In this document: positions 10,070 through 20,144 of the stretch, piece after piece
Layout of the letters: every line of letters starts with the position of its first letter
Position numbering within the stretch: position 1 is the stretch's first letter
Assembly: GCA_964508115.1 (NCBI GenBank)
Contig: CAZDQY010000001.1
Coordinates: forward strand, 59,015 to 123,014
DNA length: 64,000 bases
DNA from: an uncultured Candidatus Saccharibacteria bacterium
GTDB taxonomy: Bacteria; Patescibacteriota; Saccharimonadia; Saccharimonadales; Saccharimonadaceae
Direction: 5' to 3'
Program-made: the position numbers and the translations under genes
The notes under the pieces: model-generated
Seen by the model: the letters and a program-made list of their open reading frames with translations, nothing else
Databases searched by the model: none
Told to the model about the DNA's origin: nothing

Positions 10070-10143
10070 GCCGCAGATTTATGTGGCTAACAGATGCTAT
10101 TTTTAGCATAGAACTTTAAAAACTCTTGAAAGGAGCTAATCTT

Positions 10144-11319
10144 ATGCAATCCCAGTCCAAATCCCGCTATCGCCGCTCTTTGTGTCTCGTCCTCGTCGAA
10201 TCAGCCCTCACTGCCGGCAGCATTTCCGTTCCGATTATGACCCCATTTTTTCATTCCATCGGTCTCAATCAAGCCGAAATTGCCATCACCCAAGCCCTAT
10301 TTACACTCGTGATGCTGTTTATCGATCTGCCTACCGGCTGGATTGCAGACCGCTTCGGGCGCAAATGGGCGAATGTGATCGGTGATTTTGGTGCTGCTTT
10401 GTCCTATTTCCTCTATGCGACGGCTACGAATTTTCTCGGTGTAGTGAGTTCTGAATGTTTACTCGGGTTTTTTATGGCATTTAGCGAAGGTGTCGACTTC
10501 AGCTTACTCCGGCATTTTTCCTATCAGATTCAGCCTGGCGAGCAATATTTCCGCCAGCAAAGCATGCGTCTTTCCTTTTGGCGAGAAATCTCGAGCTTGA
10601 CCTTGGTGTTGCTCGGCGGACCGATCGGCGCGATTAGCTTCCGCTTGGCAATCGCCTGTAACGGTTTAATTTATCTATCGTCAGGGATAATAAGTCTTGG
10701 CATTTATGATGATAGTGAAAGGCTGCATCGCCCCGTCACTAATCCTCTGCGCGACATGCTTCGTATTGCTACCTCTGCCCTGAAACGGCCGCGACTGCGC
10801 ACTTATATCTTTGCTTTTGCCGTTTCGCGCGAGATGACGCATGGTATCATTTGGGTCTTCACGCCGATGCTGATGTACGCTGGTGTGCCGCTCGGTATCG
10901 TGTCAATGGGCTGGGCGATTAATTCGCTTTTCTGTATGCTCGGTGTCAGCTTGGCCAAAAGATTTTCGCCAAAATTATCCGACCGGCAAATCTTAGTTAT
11001 TCCGCTTTCACTTATGGCTTTCAGTATGGCAGTCTTGACTATTCGGATCAACCTCTGGACGATCGGTTTTTATCTCCTGATGGGCGCCGTGCAGGGCTGG
11101 ACCGCGACCACTATGATGCCGCGTTTGCAGCAGCACATTCCTGCCAGCGAGCAAACTTCGGTTATTTCACTCGCCAAGGTAATTTCTAAGCTGATCTATA
11201 TTCCAGTTGTCTATCTGATCGGTCTGGCTGCTGATTTCAGCTTGAACTTTGCCGGCGCTGCTACGTTGATTATTTTCTTACCGCTCGGTCTGCTCATCTT
11301 ACGCGCTTTCAAAGAGTAA
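10144..11319 (+). CDS. MFS transporter (drug-efflux-like)
   Basis: About 12 hydrophobic segments and motif A (GWIADRFGRK). AAGGAG SD precedes ATG 10144. Confidence 0.9.
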   Translation: MQSQSKSRYRRSLCLVLVESALTAGSISVPIMTPFFHSIGLNQAEIAITQALFTLVMLFIDLPTGWIADRFGRKWANVIGDFGAALSYFLYATATNFLGVVSSECLLGFFMAFSEGVDFSLLRHFSYQIQPGEQYFRQQSMRLSFWREISSLTLVLLGGPIGAISFRLAIACNGLIYLSSGIISLGIYDDSERLHRPVTNPLRDMLRIATSALKRPRLRTYIFAFAVSREMTHGIIWVFTPMLMYAGVPLGIVSMGWAINSLFCMLGVSLAKRFSPKLSDRQILVIPLSLMAFSMAVLTIRINLWTIGFYLLMGAVQGWTATTMMPRLQQHIPASEQTSVISLAKVISKLIYIPVVYLIGLAADFSLNFAGAATLIIFLPLGLLILRAFKE

Positions 11320-11326
11320 ACTTGTC

Positions 11327-11353
11327 AAAACGCCCCTCCCCGGGGGCGTTTTT
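11327..11353 (+). terminator. Intrinsic terminator after the MFS gene
   Basis: AAAACGCCCC stem pairing with GGGGCGTTTT, followed by T. Confidence 0.85.
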
Positions 11354-11562
11354 GCGTGTAATTCAGCAAAAAGCCACTTAATTAAAAACTCGTTAAGTTT
11401 ACACAGTTACAAAACCAGACTTTTCCAGAAAAACCTCTATGATTTTTGCTCAATTTATGATAGAATTAAGAAAAGCCTGTTTCTTGGAGTGTTTAGAATG
11501 TTTTATTCTCAGACATATCCTAAGTTTGGCAAAATTTAATATCATAAAGGAAAAATACTTTC

Positions 11563-13665
11563 ATGGCAAATGAAGTAAAAGATTTATCAAAACTGCGCAA
11601 TATCGGTATTATCGCTCATATTGACGCTGGCAAGACCACTACTTCCGAGGCTATTCTCTACCGTACTGGTCTCAAACACAAAATTGACCTCGTAAAAGGC
11701 GGCACCGGTGGCGCTACTACCGACTGGATGGAACAGGAAAAGGAACGTGGCATTACTATTACTTCCGCTGCGGTCACTACCTACTGGAAAGGCCATAAAA
11801 TCAATATCATCGATACCCCGGGGCACATCGACTTCACCGCTGAGGTGGAACGCTCCCTGCGTGTGCTTGACGGCGCCGTGGTTGTCTTCGATGGTAAGAT
11901 GGGCGTCGAAGCGCAATCTGAGACCGTTTGGCGCCAAGCTACTAAATATGGCGTGCCTCGTGTCTGTTTTGTGAACAAGATTAACCAGATTGGCGGCGAT
12001 TTCTACAAGTCTCTCGATAGCATCCATAAGCGTTTGTCGAAAAACGCGGTCGCTATTCATTTGCCGATCGGTTTCGAAAAAGATATCTGTGGTGTCGTTG
12101 ACCTTATTGATATGAAGGCTTACACTTACAAAGATTACGCCGACCACGAGCTGACCGTGGGTGAGATCCCGGCTGACATGCTGGAGAAAGCTAAGAACGC
12201 CCGCTCACTCCTCGTCGAAGAAGCTGTCCAAGCCGACGAAACCTTGATGGAGAAATTCTTCAACCAAGGCGAAGAGGCTATCACCGAAGTCGAGCTCAAG
12301 GCTGCTCTCCGTAAGCGTGTTCTCGATGGCGACTTCTTCCTTGTCACTGGTGGTGATGGTCGTGGTGTGATCGTTGAGAAAGTTCTCGATCTTGTCACTG
12401 ATTATCTTCCGTCTCCACTCGATCGCGACCAGGGCCAGACTTTCGGTATCGATCCTAAGACTGGCGACCAGATCGTCCGCAAGGCCGACGACAACGAGCC
12501 GCTTACTGCGCTTGCTTTCAAAATCGCTACGGACCCATTCGTTGGTAAGTTGATCTTTATCCGTGTCTACTCTGGTAAGATGAAGTCTGGCGACACCGTT
12601 TTGAATGCCACGACTGGTGATAAGGAGCGTATTGGCCGCCTCGTACGTATGTTTGCTGATAAGCGCGAAGAGATCGCCGAGATCACCGCAGGTGATATTG
12701 CCGCTGTGGTTGGTATGAAAGAAGTGACGACCGGTACCACTATCTGTGATCCAGCTCACCCGATTCACCTCGAGGATATTAAGTTCCCAGATCCTCCTGT
12801 ATCTATCGCTGTCGAGCCAAAGACCAAGTCTGACCAAGAGAAAATGGGTCTTGGCTTACAAAAGCTCGTCGAGGAAGATCCAACTCTCCGTGTTCACACT
12901 GACGAAGAGACCGGCCAGACTATTATTTCTGGTATGGGCGAGCTACATCTTGAGATTGCCATCGACCGTTTACAGAAGGAACATGGCGTCGAAGCTAACA
13001 CTGGCGCTCCACAAGTTGCCTATCGTGAGACTATTCGTGGCACCGCTGAAGCTCAGGGTAAACACATTAAGCAGTCCGGTGGCCGCGGTCAGTACGGTGA
13101 TGTTTGGGTCAAGTTTGAGCCGAACGAACCTGGCAAGGGCTTTGAATTCATCGATCAGATCAAAGGCGGCGTAGTTCCTCAAGAGTACCGCAAGCCAGTT
13201 CAGCAGGGTATCGAAGAAACCTTGAACGGTGGCGTGATTGCTGGTTATCCAGTCGTTGATGTGAAAGCCACTCTGTACGATGGTTCCTATCACGATGTCG
13301 ACTCCAGCGAGCTTGCCTTTAAGCTAGCCGGTAGCCTAGCTACCCGTGAGGGTATCAAGCGCGCCAAACCAGTCTTGCTTGAGCCGGTTATGAAGCTGGA
13401 AATCACCACTCCGGAAGAGTTCATGGGTGATGTGATCGGCGATATTAACTCTCGTCGTGGCCGTATCGATAGTATGGAAGACCTAAGCGGTGGCGCTAAG
13501 CTGATCAAAGCCTTTGCTCCGCTGGCGAACCTCTTCGGCTACACTTCTGACTTGCGCTCTATGTCGCAAGGCCGTGCGGCTAGCTCCATGGAACTCTTCG
13601 CTTACGAGGAAGTACCACCAAACGTGGCTGCCGAGATTATCGAAAAGAGGAATACGAAAGAATAG
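11563..13665 (+). CDS. fusA: Elongation factor G
   Basis: [24 protein letters not shown], domain IV ([23 protein letters not shown]). 700 aa. Confidence 0.98.
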   Translation: MANEVKDLSKLRNIGIIAHIDAGKTTTSEAILYRTGLKHKIDLVKGGTGGATTDWMEQEKERGITITSAAVTTYWKGHKINIIDTPGHIDFTAEVERSLRVLDGAVVVFDGKMGVEAQSETVWRQATKYGVPRVCFVNKINQIGGDFYKSLDSIHKRLSKNAVAIHLPIGFEKDICGVVDLIDMKAYTYKDYADHELTVGEIPADMLEKAKNARSLLVEEAVQADETLMEKFFNQGEEAITEVELKAALRKRVLDGDFFLVTGGDGRGVIVEKVLDLVTDYLPSPLDRDQGQTFGIDPKTGDQIVRKADDNEPLTALAFKIATDPFVGKLIFIRVYSGKMKSGDTVLNATTGDKERIGRLVRMFADKREEIAEITAGDIAAVVGMKEVTTGTTICDPAHPIHLEDIKFPDPPVSIAVEPKTKSDQEKMGLGLQKLVEEDPTLRVHTDEETGQTIISGMGELHLEIAIDRLQKEHGVEANTGAPQVAYRETIRGTAEAQGKHIKQSGGRGQYGDVWVKFEPNEPGKGFEFIDQIKGGVVPQEYRKPVQQGIEETLNGGVIAGYPVVDVKATLYDGSYHDVDSSELAFKLAGSLATREGIKRAKPVLLEPVMKLEITTPEEFMGDVIGDINSRRGRIDSMEDLSGGAKLIKAFAPLANLFGYTSDLRSMSQGRAASSMELFAYEEVPPNVAAEIIEKRNTKE

Positions 13666-13739
13666 ATAAAAATTGTTTTATCTATTCTGAGTGGACGATT
13701 TTTCTGGTTAATCCAGAAAAACGAAATACGAAGAAACAA

Positions 13740-13771
13740 AAAAGAAGGACCCCACAAGGGGTCCTTCTTTT
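13740..13771 (+). terminator. Intrinsic terminator after fusA
   Basis: AAAAGAAGGACCCC-ACAA-GGGGTCCTTCTTTT, a perfect 14-bp stem. Confidence 0.9.
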
Positions 13772-13886
13772 GTCCGAGTATAGGGCTGTTTTCCGCAAGC
13801 GAGCCTTGACTTAGCCTGCAGCGAAGCATACAATATAAGCATAATGCATAAGCGCAACTATCAATATCTTCTAGAGGCATTATCGA

Positions 13887-15179
13887 ATGGGTATTAAATT
13901 TTCTGACGCTGCGCATCTTGCCGCCCAGAATGTTGTTAGCTATAAGCTTCGTAGCCTCGCTATCGTACTCACTGTATCGATTATTTTTGGTCTTATTATC
14001 GGTATCAACTTTCTTTTCACTGGTCTACGCACTACGCTCCTTGACGCCTCTACCATCAAGACTGTGGGCGCTAGCTACGTCGTAGCAAGATTTAAGAATA
14101 CTGCCGGATATAATAGCCGTGAAGAAAGATTAGCCGAAAGAGCCAAACAACACCATGGCGAAAAAGTCGGCAGTATCACCGACTATCAGATAGCCGGAAT
14201 GCCTAACTCTACCGTTGCGAGTTATGACCTTTTCCAGCCATATATAGACCAAGCCAAGCTTGCTTCACTGCCGTCAGACCGGCTTCCCGTTCTACTTATT
14301 CCTGACGCATCAAGGTTTAGTGATGCAGATAATTATAAAGAAATATTTGCCACAGATTACTATGCGGTAGGCGAGCTACCGACAACGCCCACGATAGGGG
14401 ATTCGTCTCTGCCCGGAGAACTCAACCTTCTCAACTTGTCTATCAAGCAGTCCTCTAGGTATCCAGTCTGGTATTCGTACGGTTTTGGAGTCATCTTGGA
14501 TAACGGCGACGGACGCGTGCAGAATTATATCCAGAGCAAACTCGATCAAGCTGAAGATCAATCCGCCTACAATAGCATAAAAGACTACGATGTCATCCGA
14601 TTTGACAATTATAAGGATTTGACTGGATTCATTGATGCTTCTGACGCAGAAGAGCATCGCCTGGGTAGACCTACTACGCTTGAGATAAGCTCTATATTCT
14701 CCGACACTGCTAGTATAGCCCAAGGTTTCTTTGATACCGACCGGGCCCTCTTTGTTATCGAAACTGTTCTTATGATTGTCGCTGTCATTATTACCACGTT
14801 CACTTTTATCCATCTCCTTGATCAAGAAAGCCCTAGCGTCGCTCTCTACCGTTCGCTTGGTGCCACCACTGGTGATATTCTTTTAATCTATTTGATATAT
14901 CTCTTAGAACTTTGCCTGATCTCCGTTTTTACTAGTATTATAATTGGGCTTGTCATAGTCGCGGTTATATCAGGCGCGAACGTTTCTGCTCTCACCGAAA
15001 CGCTGCAGGATACCTATGAACTTTCATCCGTACCTCACGTCTTTCTGCTTGGCATTGACCATCGGTTTTTCGCTACTATCTTCTGTGTTCTCCTCACCGC
15101 TCCTCTTGCTCTCTTATTATCTCAGGGCCGCCTCTCCAGCAAGCATCTCGCCAGCTCCATAAAAGACGATCAGTACTAA
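13887..15179 (+). CDS. FtsX/MacB-family ABC permease, with no adjacent ATPase
   Basis: One N-terminal TM (NVVSYKLRSLAIVL), a large extracellular domain, then three C-terminal TMs with the ALYRSLGAT (EIGILKALG-like) motif. Confidence 0.8.
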   Translation: MGIKFSDAAHLAAQNVVSYKLRSLAIVLTVSIIFGLIIGINFLFTGLRTTLLDASTIKTVGASYVVARFKNTAGYNSREERLAERAKQHHGEKVGSITDYQIAGMPNSTVASYDLFQPYIDQAKLASLPSDRLPVLLIPDASRFSDADNYKEIFATDYYAVGELPTTPTIGDSSLPGELNLLNLSIKQSSRYPVWYSYGFGVILDNGDGRVQNYIQSKLDQAEDQSAYNSIKDYDVIRFDNYKDLTGFIDASDAEEHRLGRPTTLEISSIFSDTASIAQGFFDTDRALFVIETVLMIVAVIITTFTFIHLLDQESPSVALYRSLGATTGDILLIYLIYLLELCLISVFTSIIIGLVIVAVISGANVSALTETLQDTYELSSVPHVFLLGIDHRFFATIFCVLLTAPLALLLSQGRLSSKHLASSIKDDQY

Positions 15180-15215
15180 AAGCGACATAACATAGCTAAA
15201 ACATCGAGTCTTACC

Positions 15216-15229
15216 TTACATTATCGTAA
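15216..15229 (+). promoter_or_regulatory. BceR-like operator upstream of the response regulator gene
   Basis: TTACA-TTAT-CGTAA, one mismatch to TNACA-N4-TGTAA, 26 nt upstream of TGTTATAAT's -10 hexamer (15256-15261). Confidence 0.5.
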
Positions 15230-15269
15230 TCTTTCGCAAAATCTGGCGAAAATGTTATAATAATATCAA

Positions 15270-15962
15270 ATGAAACGCATTCTAATCATCGAAGACGAAG
15301 AAGCCATGCGCCAAGGCTTGACTGACCTCTTAGCGAGCTCTGGCTATGAACCGGCCGCGCTCGACCTTTCGACCTTCTCTCCCGACGAATCGCCGAACCT
15401 TTCGTTGCTTATCGACCAAATTACCGACGCACAGCCCGACCTTATTCTCCTCGATATTAACTTACCCGGACTCAACGGGGAATTGTTGCTCAAATCTCTC
15501 CGTGCGAGGTCTCCAGTCCCCGTGATTATGGTCACGAGCAGTAGCGTAGAGATGGACGAAGTTTTATCTATGAGCTATGGCGCTGACGATTATGTCGTCA
15601 AGCCTTACAACCCGCAGGTGTTATTACTACGCATTGCCGCCGTCCTGAAGCGTGCTAGCGGCGACACTGGTCCGATTAGCTTTCACGATCTTTCCGTCGA
15701 TCTCGCCCGCGGCGTGATCGAAGGCAAAGGCAAGCGTATCTTCCTGACGAAGAACGAGATGATTATCTTGGGGCATCTACTTAGCCACCAAGGCGAAATC
15801 GTCACACGTGATGCACTAATGACTGATCTCTGGAATAATCACGAATATATCAACGATAATGCCCTCACTGTCAATGTCAGCCGTGTCCGCTCCAAGCTAA
15901 AAAATCTCGGCTACGGTGAATCAATAGAGACTCGCAAAGGTCTCGGGTATATCCTCTCATGA
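15270..15962 (+). CDS. OmpR-family response regulator (BceR/GraR-like)
   Basis: IIEDE, phosphoacceptor LLDINLP, GADDYVVKPY, winged helix (NALTVNVSRVRSKL, ETRKGLGY). Confidence 0.93.
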   Translation: MKRILIIEDEEAMRQGLTDLLASSGYEPAALDLSTFSPDESPNLSLLIDQITDAQPDLILLDINLPGLNGELLLKSLRARSPVPVIMVTSSSVEMDEVLSMSYGADDYVVKPYNPQVLLLRIAAVLKRASGDTGPISFHDLSVDLARGVIEGKGKRIFLTKNEMIILGHLLSHQGEIVTRDALMTDLWNNHEYINDNALTVNVSRVRSKLKNLGYGESIETRKGLGYILS

Positions 15963-17014
15963 GACGCCCAGCAATTACGCCACTCGCTAGTGTCGCAAGT
16001 TTCCGCAATTTCTTGCGCGACAAAGCCTACTTCCTCGTCGCCGCTACCGTGCTCACTATCATCGCAGCACTCTTCCTTAATGGTTTCCGCGTGCGCATCG
16101 AGATTTGCATTATGCTCGGTATCCTTTGGCTAATCTTTCTTATAGTAGTATTAATAATAGAGTATTACCGCAAACGTAATTTTTATCAAAATCTGCTGAC
16201 CAATCTCGAGCGCCTCGACCAAGCCTACCTCGTCTTAGAGACTTTGTCTCGGCCACGTTTCTATGACGGGGAAGTACTCTACGCCGCGTTGTATCGCATC
16301 AATAAATCCATGTCCGAGAACATTAATCTTTATCGTAGTCGAGCTCAAGAATTCCAGGAATACGTCGAAATGTGGATTCATGAGGTCAAGACTCCGCTCG
16401 CCACGCTTGCACTACTTTCACACGACCCGAAAGTGAGCGAACAGATCAAACGTCTAGATGATTACGTCGAGCAAATTCTTTATTTCGTACGGGCCGAGAA
16501 TGCCGAACGTGATTATCTTATCAAAGCAACCAACCTTGCCAATGTCGTCGGCACTGTCGCCAGCCGTAACCGCGAGATTCTTTTAGCCAAGAAAATTGAC
16601 CTCGATGTCAGCAATCTTAATTATGACGTTCAGACCGATGCGAAGTGGCTGGAGTTCATTCTCAACCAAATTATTAACAATAGCATCAAATACCGTAGCC
16701 GCCATATTATGATTACCACTCACACGCAGGACGAAAAAGTCGCCCTTATTATCAAAGATGACGGTATTGGTATCGATGCAAAAGATCTCCCACGAGTTTT
16801 CGACAAGTCTTTCACTGGTGATAATGGTCGTCTCGGCAAGAAATCTACTGGCATGGGTCTATACATTGCGAAGACCCTATGTGATAAGCTTGGTCACCAA
16901 ATTTCCATTAGCTCCACTAAATCCGAATATACAGCAGTGGAGATAACTTTTGCAGCGACTGAATACTACGAAGTCATCGACGATACAACTTACAAAAATG
17001 TAATCAATTCGTAA
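15959..17014 (+). CDS. Intramembrane-sensing histidine kinase (BceS-like)
   Basis: Two closely spaced TMs with no extracellular loop, H-box WIHEVKTP, N-box NQIINNSIKY, DDGIGI, STGMGLY. ATGA overlap with the regulator. Confidence 0.93.
   Translation: MRRPAITPLASVASFRNFLRDKAYFLVAATVLTIIAALFLNGFRVRIEICIMLGILWLIFLIVVLIIEYYRKRNFYQNLLTNLERLDQAYLVLETLSRPRFYDGEVLYAALYRINKSMSENINLYRSRAQEFQEYVEMWIHEVKTPLATLALLSHDPKVSEQIKRLDDYVEQILYFVRAENAERDYLIKATNLANVVGTVASRNREILLAKKIDLDVSNLNYDVQTDAKWLEFILNQIINNSIKYRSRHIMITTHTQDEKVALIIKDDGIGIDAKDLPRVFDKSFTGDNGRLGKKSTGMGLYIAKTLCDKLGHQISISSTKSEYTAVEITFAATEYYEVIDDTTYKNVINS
16990..17003 (+). promoter_or_regulatory. BceR-like operator upstream of the ABC ATPase gene
   Basis: TTACA-AAAA-TGTAA, a perfect match to the TNACA-N4-TGTAA consensus of BceR-like regulators. 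Lies in the kinase 3' end, upstream of TATAAT at 17048-17053. Confidence 0.7.
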
Positions 17015-17071
17015 TCTTAGACGCACGACAGCAAGACGACGCTTATATATAATTATGCTAAGGAGAAAATT

Positions 17072-17839
17072 ATGCGAACGATTTTAGAATTAGAAAAAGT
17101 CGAGAAATACTACGGCAATAAGTCATCGCTCACGAAAGCAATCGATAACATTTCTTTCACGGTCGACGAAGGTGAGTTTGTTGCCATCATGGGGTCAAGC
17201 GGTTCTGGTAAAACTACTTTGCTTAACGTTATTTCCACGATTGACAATGTCACTTCTGGTCATATTTACGTCGGTGGCGAAGATATCACTGCGCTGCGCG
17301 GAGAAGAATTGAACCGCTTCCGCCGTGAAGAATTGGGTTTCATTTTTCAGGATTTTAACTTGCTTGATTCGCTCACTGCCTACGAGAATATTGCTCTTGC
17401 GCTTTCCATCCAAAACTGTGATGCAAACGAGATTGATAGTCGCATCCATCAAATCGCCAAGGAACTAAATATCCAGAATGTCCTAGAAAAGTTCCCTTAC
17501 CAAATGAGTGGTGGCCAAAAACAACGCATCGCTTCCGCTCGTGCCATTATTACTAACCCGAAGCTGGTCCTCGCGGACGAGCCTACTGGCGCCCTCGACT
17601 CAAAATCTTCACGCATGCTGCTAGAGCAATTCGACAATCTTAATGATAAGTTCCAGACTACGATTCTTATGGTTACGCATGATGCTTTCGCTGCCTCTTA
17701 TGCTTCGCGTGTGATTTTTATTAAAGATGGTAAGATTTTTAATGAACTCCGTCGCGGCAAAGACGACCGCAAAAAGTTCTTCAATGCAATAATTAATGTT
17801 ATTACCTTGCTCGGCGGAGATCTAAACGATGCGTTGTAG
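17072..17839 (+). CDS. ABC transporter ATPase (BceA-like)
   Basis: GSSGSGKTT, FQDFNLL, MSGGQKQR, LADEPTGALD, VTHD. The C-terminus GGDLNDAL is typical of BceA-like proteins. Confidence 0.93.
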   Translation: MRTILELEKVEKYYGNKSSLTKAIDNISFTVDEGEFVAIMGSSGSGKTTLLNVISTIDNVTSGHIYVGGEDITALRGEELNRFRREELGFIFQDFNLLDSLTAYENIALALSIQNCDANEIDSRIHQIAKELNIQNVLEKFPYQMSGGQKQRIASARAIITNPKLVLADEPTGALDSKSSRMLLEQFDNLNDKFQTTILMVTHDAFAASYASRVIFIKDGKIFNELRRGKDDRKKFFNAIINVITLLGGDLNDAL

Positions 17840-18018
17840 CCTTCTTTTTAAAATAACAAAATTTTTTCACAGAATAGCGTCCCGCGAAAACTGCCAAAAT
17901 CACCTATTAGAAAATAAACAAATTTTTCTACAAGAGAAAATCCCACTTTTTGCGCAGAATTATGCTGTTCTGAATAAAAATAATTATTTCTTAAGCTCAG
18001 AATTTGGAGCAAATCATT

Positions 18019-20079
18019 ATGTTCGTTAAAGTCGCTCTTAAAAATATCAAACGTAGTATTAAAGATTACGCAATTTACTTTTTTACGCTTGTACTCGGCG
18101 TTGCAATCTTTTATGTTTTTAATGCACTCGATAGTCAAGCCATCATGCTAGATGTCACCGAACGCGTTCGCAACATGTTGGAGCTCATGAATACGATCCT
18201 TGGTGTCGTCAGCGTCTTTGTTTCTTTTATTCTTGGCGCGCTAATTATTTATGCCTCGCGCTTCTTAATCAAACGTCGCAGCAAAGAGTTCGGCATCTAC
18301 CTCACCCTCGGCATGGGCAAGCGCCAGATCTCACTCATCCTTATCCTTGAAACTTTCTTCATCGGCCTGCTTTCGCTAGGCGTCGGCTTGGTCCTAGGCA
18401 TACTTGCCTCACAGCTGACGAGCGTATTAGTTGCTAATATGTTCGATGCTAACCTTACTCAATTTCAGTTCGTTTTTTCTGGTTCCGCGTTTGTTAAAAC
18501 TTTGATCTACTTCGGCGTGATCTACCTCGTCGTGATGATTTTTAATACTATTAATATCAGCCGCCAGAAACTCATCAATCTGCTTTCCTCTAGCCGTCGC
18601 AACGAGAAAATTAAACTCAAGAACCTTTGGCTCTGCACTGGCGTATTTATTATCGCTGCTACCATGCTTGGTATCGCCTACTATCTGGTCACGGCCGGGC
18701 TCGTCAAATTCATGGAGGATGGTAATGGCGAGATGGGGCGCTTGCTTATCCCGATCATCATGGGCGTCATCGCAACGTTCCTACTTTTCTGGTCGCTTTC
18801 TGGTCTCCTACTACGCGTCTTTATGAGCTTCAAAAACGTCTATTACAAGAAACTGAATTCCTTCGTTTTGCGCCAGTTCAGTAGCAAAATCAATACTACG
18901 GTTAGCTCCATGTCGGTCATCTGTCTCATGCTCTTCGTCACAGTATGTATTCTCGGATCAGCACTTTCAATTAATAAAACTATGCACGCCGCGATGGAAC
19001 AAACACTGCCTTTCGACGTTCAAGTCGAAAGCTACGGCGAGCAAGCTATCGATATTAAAGACGCCTATGCTAAGGACGGCACGGACCTTGATGAATTAGT
19101 GAAAGACGTCATCACCTATCGTATTGGCAATTTTGAGGCGCTTACTTTAAGGGATTCTTTTGACGAGACTTCCGCCGTGCTCGACGAGAACGGCGCTGTG
19201 CAGTCGAGCTATGTCTCCGAACGTTTCGTCACACTGAGCGATTATAACAAAGTCGCGCCTTTCTTCCAGCTCCCGACTATCGAACTAGACGATCAAGAGT
19301 ACGCCGTGCTCGCCAATTATGGCCAAATCGTTAAGTTGCGAAATGCTGCCCTTGTCAAACATACACCCATCGAGATTGAGGGAAAGACTCTCTATCCGAA
19401 GTTTAAAGAGTGCATCGACGGCACCATCGAACTAGAAATAAGTAAGACGAATGGCGGGATTATCATTATTCCAGATAGTTTAGATGCTAAAAATGTCTCC
19501 ACCTATTACCGTGAAATCATGCTGGCAAACTATCTTGATGAAAACCGCAGCATAGAAATTGAAGACCAGCTAATGAGTCTAAGACAGCGCTATTTTAACA
19601 GTGATCCCGATAAAGAGAGTTTTAATGATAGTACTATCTTTTACTACGGCGTCACTCCCCGCCAGAGCATCATAGACAATAGCATCGGCACGTCCGCCCT
19701 TGTTACCTTTATCGGTCTCTATCTTGGCATCATCTTCTTAATCTCCAGCGCTGCTGTACTTGCACTCAAAGAGCTCTCCGAAAGCAGCGACAACCGTCAG
19801 AAGTATGCTATCCTACGTCAGATTGGCACAGACGAGCGTACATTGAACAGTGCTTTGTTCTGGCAAATTTTCATCTTCTTCCTCTTTCCATTGCTAATCG
19901 CAGCCATCCACTCCGTCTTTGGTCTCATGTTCTGCGACTTCGTTCTCTCTAGCATCGGCGGTATTGACATCACCCAAGCTTTGCCTGGAGTCATCGCAAT
20001 CCTAGCTATTGTGTATGGCGGATACTTCCTCATCACCTACGCTTGTAGCCGAAATATCATACGCGACCAACGTTCATAA
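18019..20079 (+). CDS. ABC transporter permease (BceB-like)
   Basis: 686 aa with about 10 TMs and a large extracellular domain between late TMs. Motifs RRSKEFGIYLTLGM and YAILRQIG. Start MFVKVALKNIKRS. Confidence 0.9.
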   Translation: MFVKVALKNIKRSIKDYAIYFFTLVLGVAIFYVFNALDSQAIMLDVTERVRNMLELMNTILGVVSVFVSFILGALIIYASRFLIKRRSKEFGIYLTLGMGKRQISLILILETFFIGLLSLGVGLVLGILASQLTSVLVANMFDANLTQFQFVFSGSAFVKTLIYFGVIYLVVMIFNTINISRQKLINLLSSSRRNEKIKLKNLWLCTGVFIIAATMLGIAYYLVTAGLVKFMEDGNGEMGRLLIPIIMGVIATFLLFWSLSGLLLRVFMSFKNVYYKKLNSFVLRQFSSKINTTVSSMSVICLMLFVTVCILGSALSINKTMHAAMEQTLPFDVQVESYGEQAIDIKDAYAKDGTDLDELVKDVITYRIGNFEALTLRDSFDETSAVLDENGAVQSSYVSERFVTLSDYNKVAPFFQLPTIELDDQEYAVLANYGQIVKLRNAALVKHTPIEIEGKTLYPKFKECIDGTIELEISKTNGGIIIIPDSLDAKNVSTYYREIMLANYLDENRSIEIEDQLMSLRQRYFNSDPDKESFNDSTIFYYGVTPRQSIIDNSIGTSALVTFIGLYLGIIFLISSAAVLALKELSESSDNRQKYAILRQIGTDERTLNSALFWQIFIFFLFPLLIAAIHSVFGLMFCDFVLSSIGGIDITQALPGVIAILAIVYGGYFLITYACSRNIIRDQRS

Positions 20080-20144
20080 TCACGAGACCGGCAATTCCTT
20101 GCGAAGTTGCACATAAACCAATAGTTTATGCTATAATTACAAGT

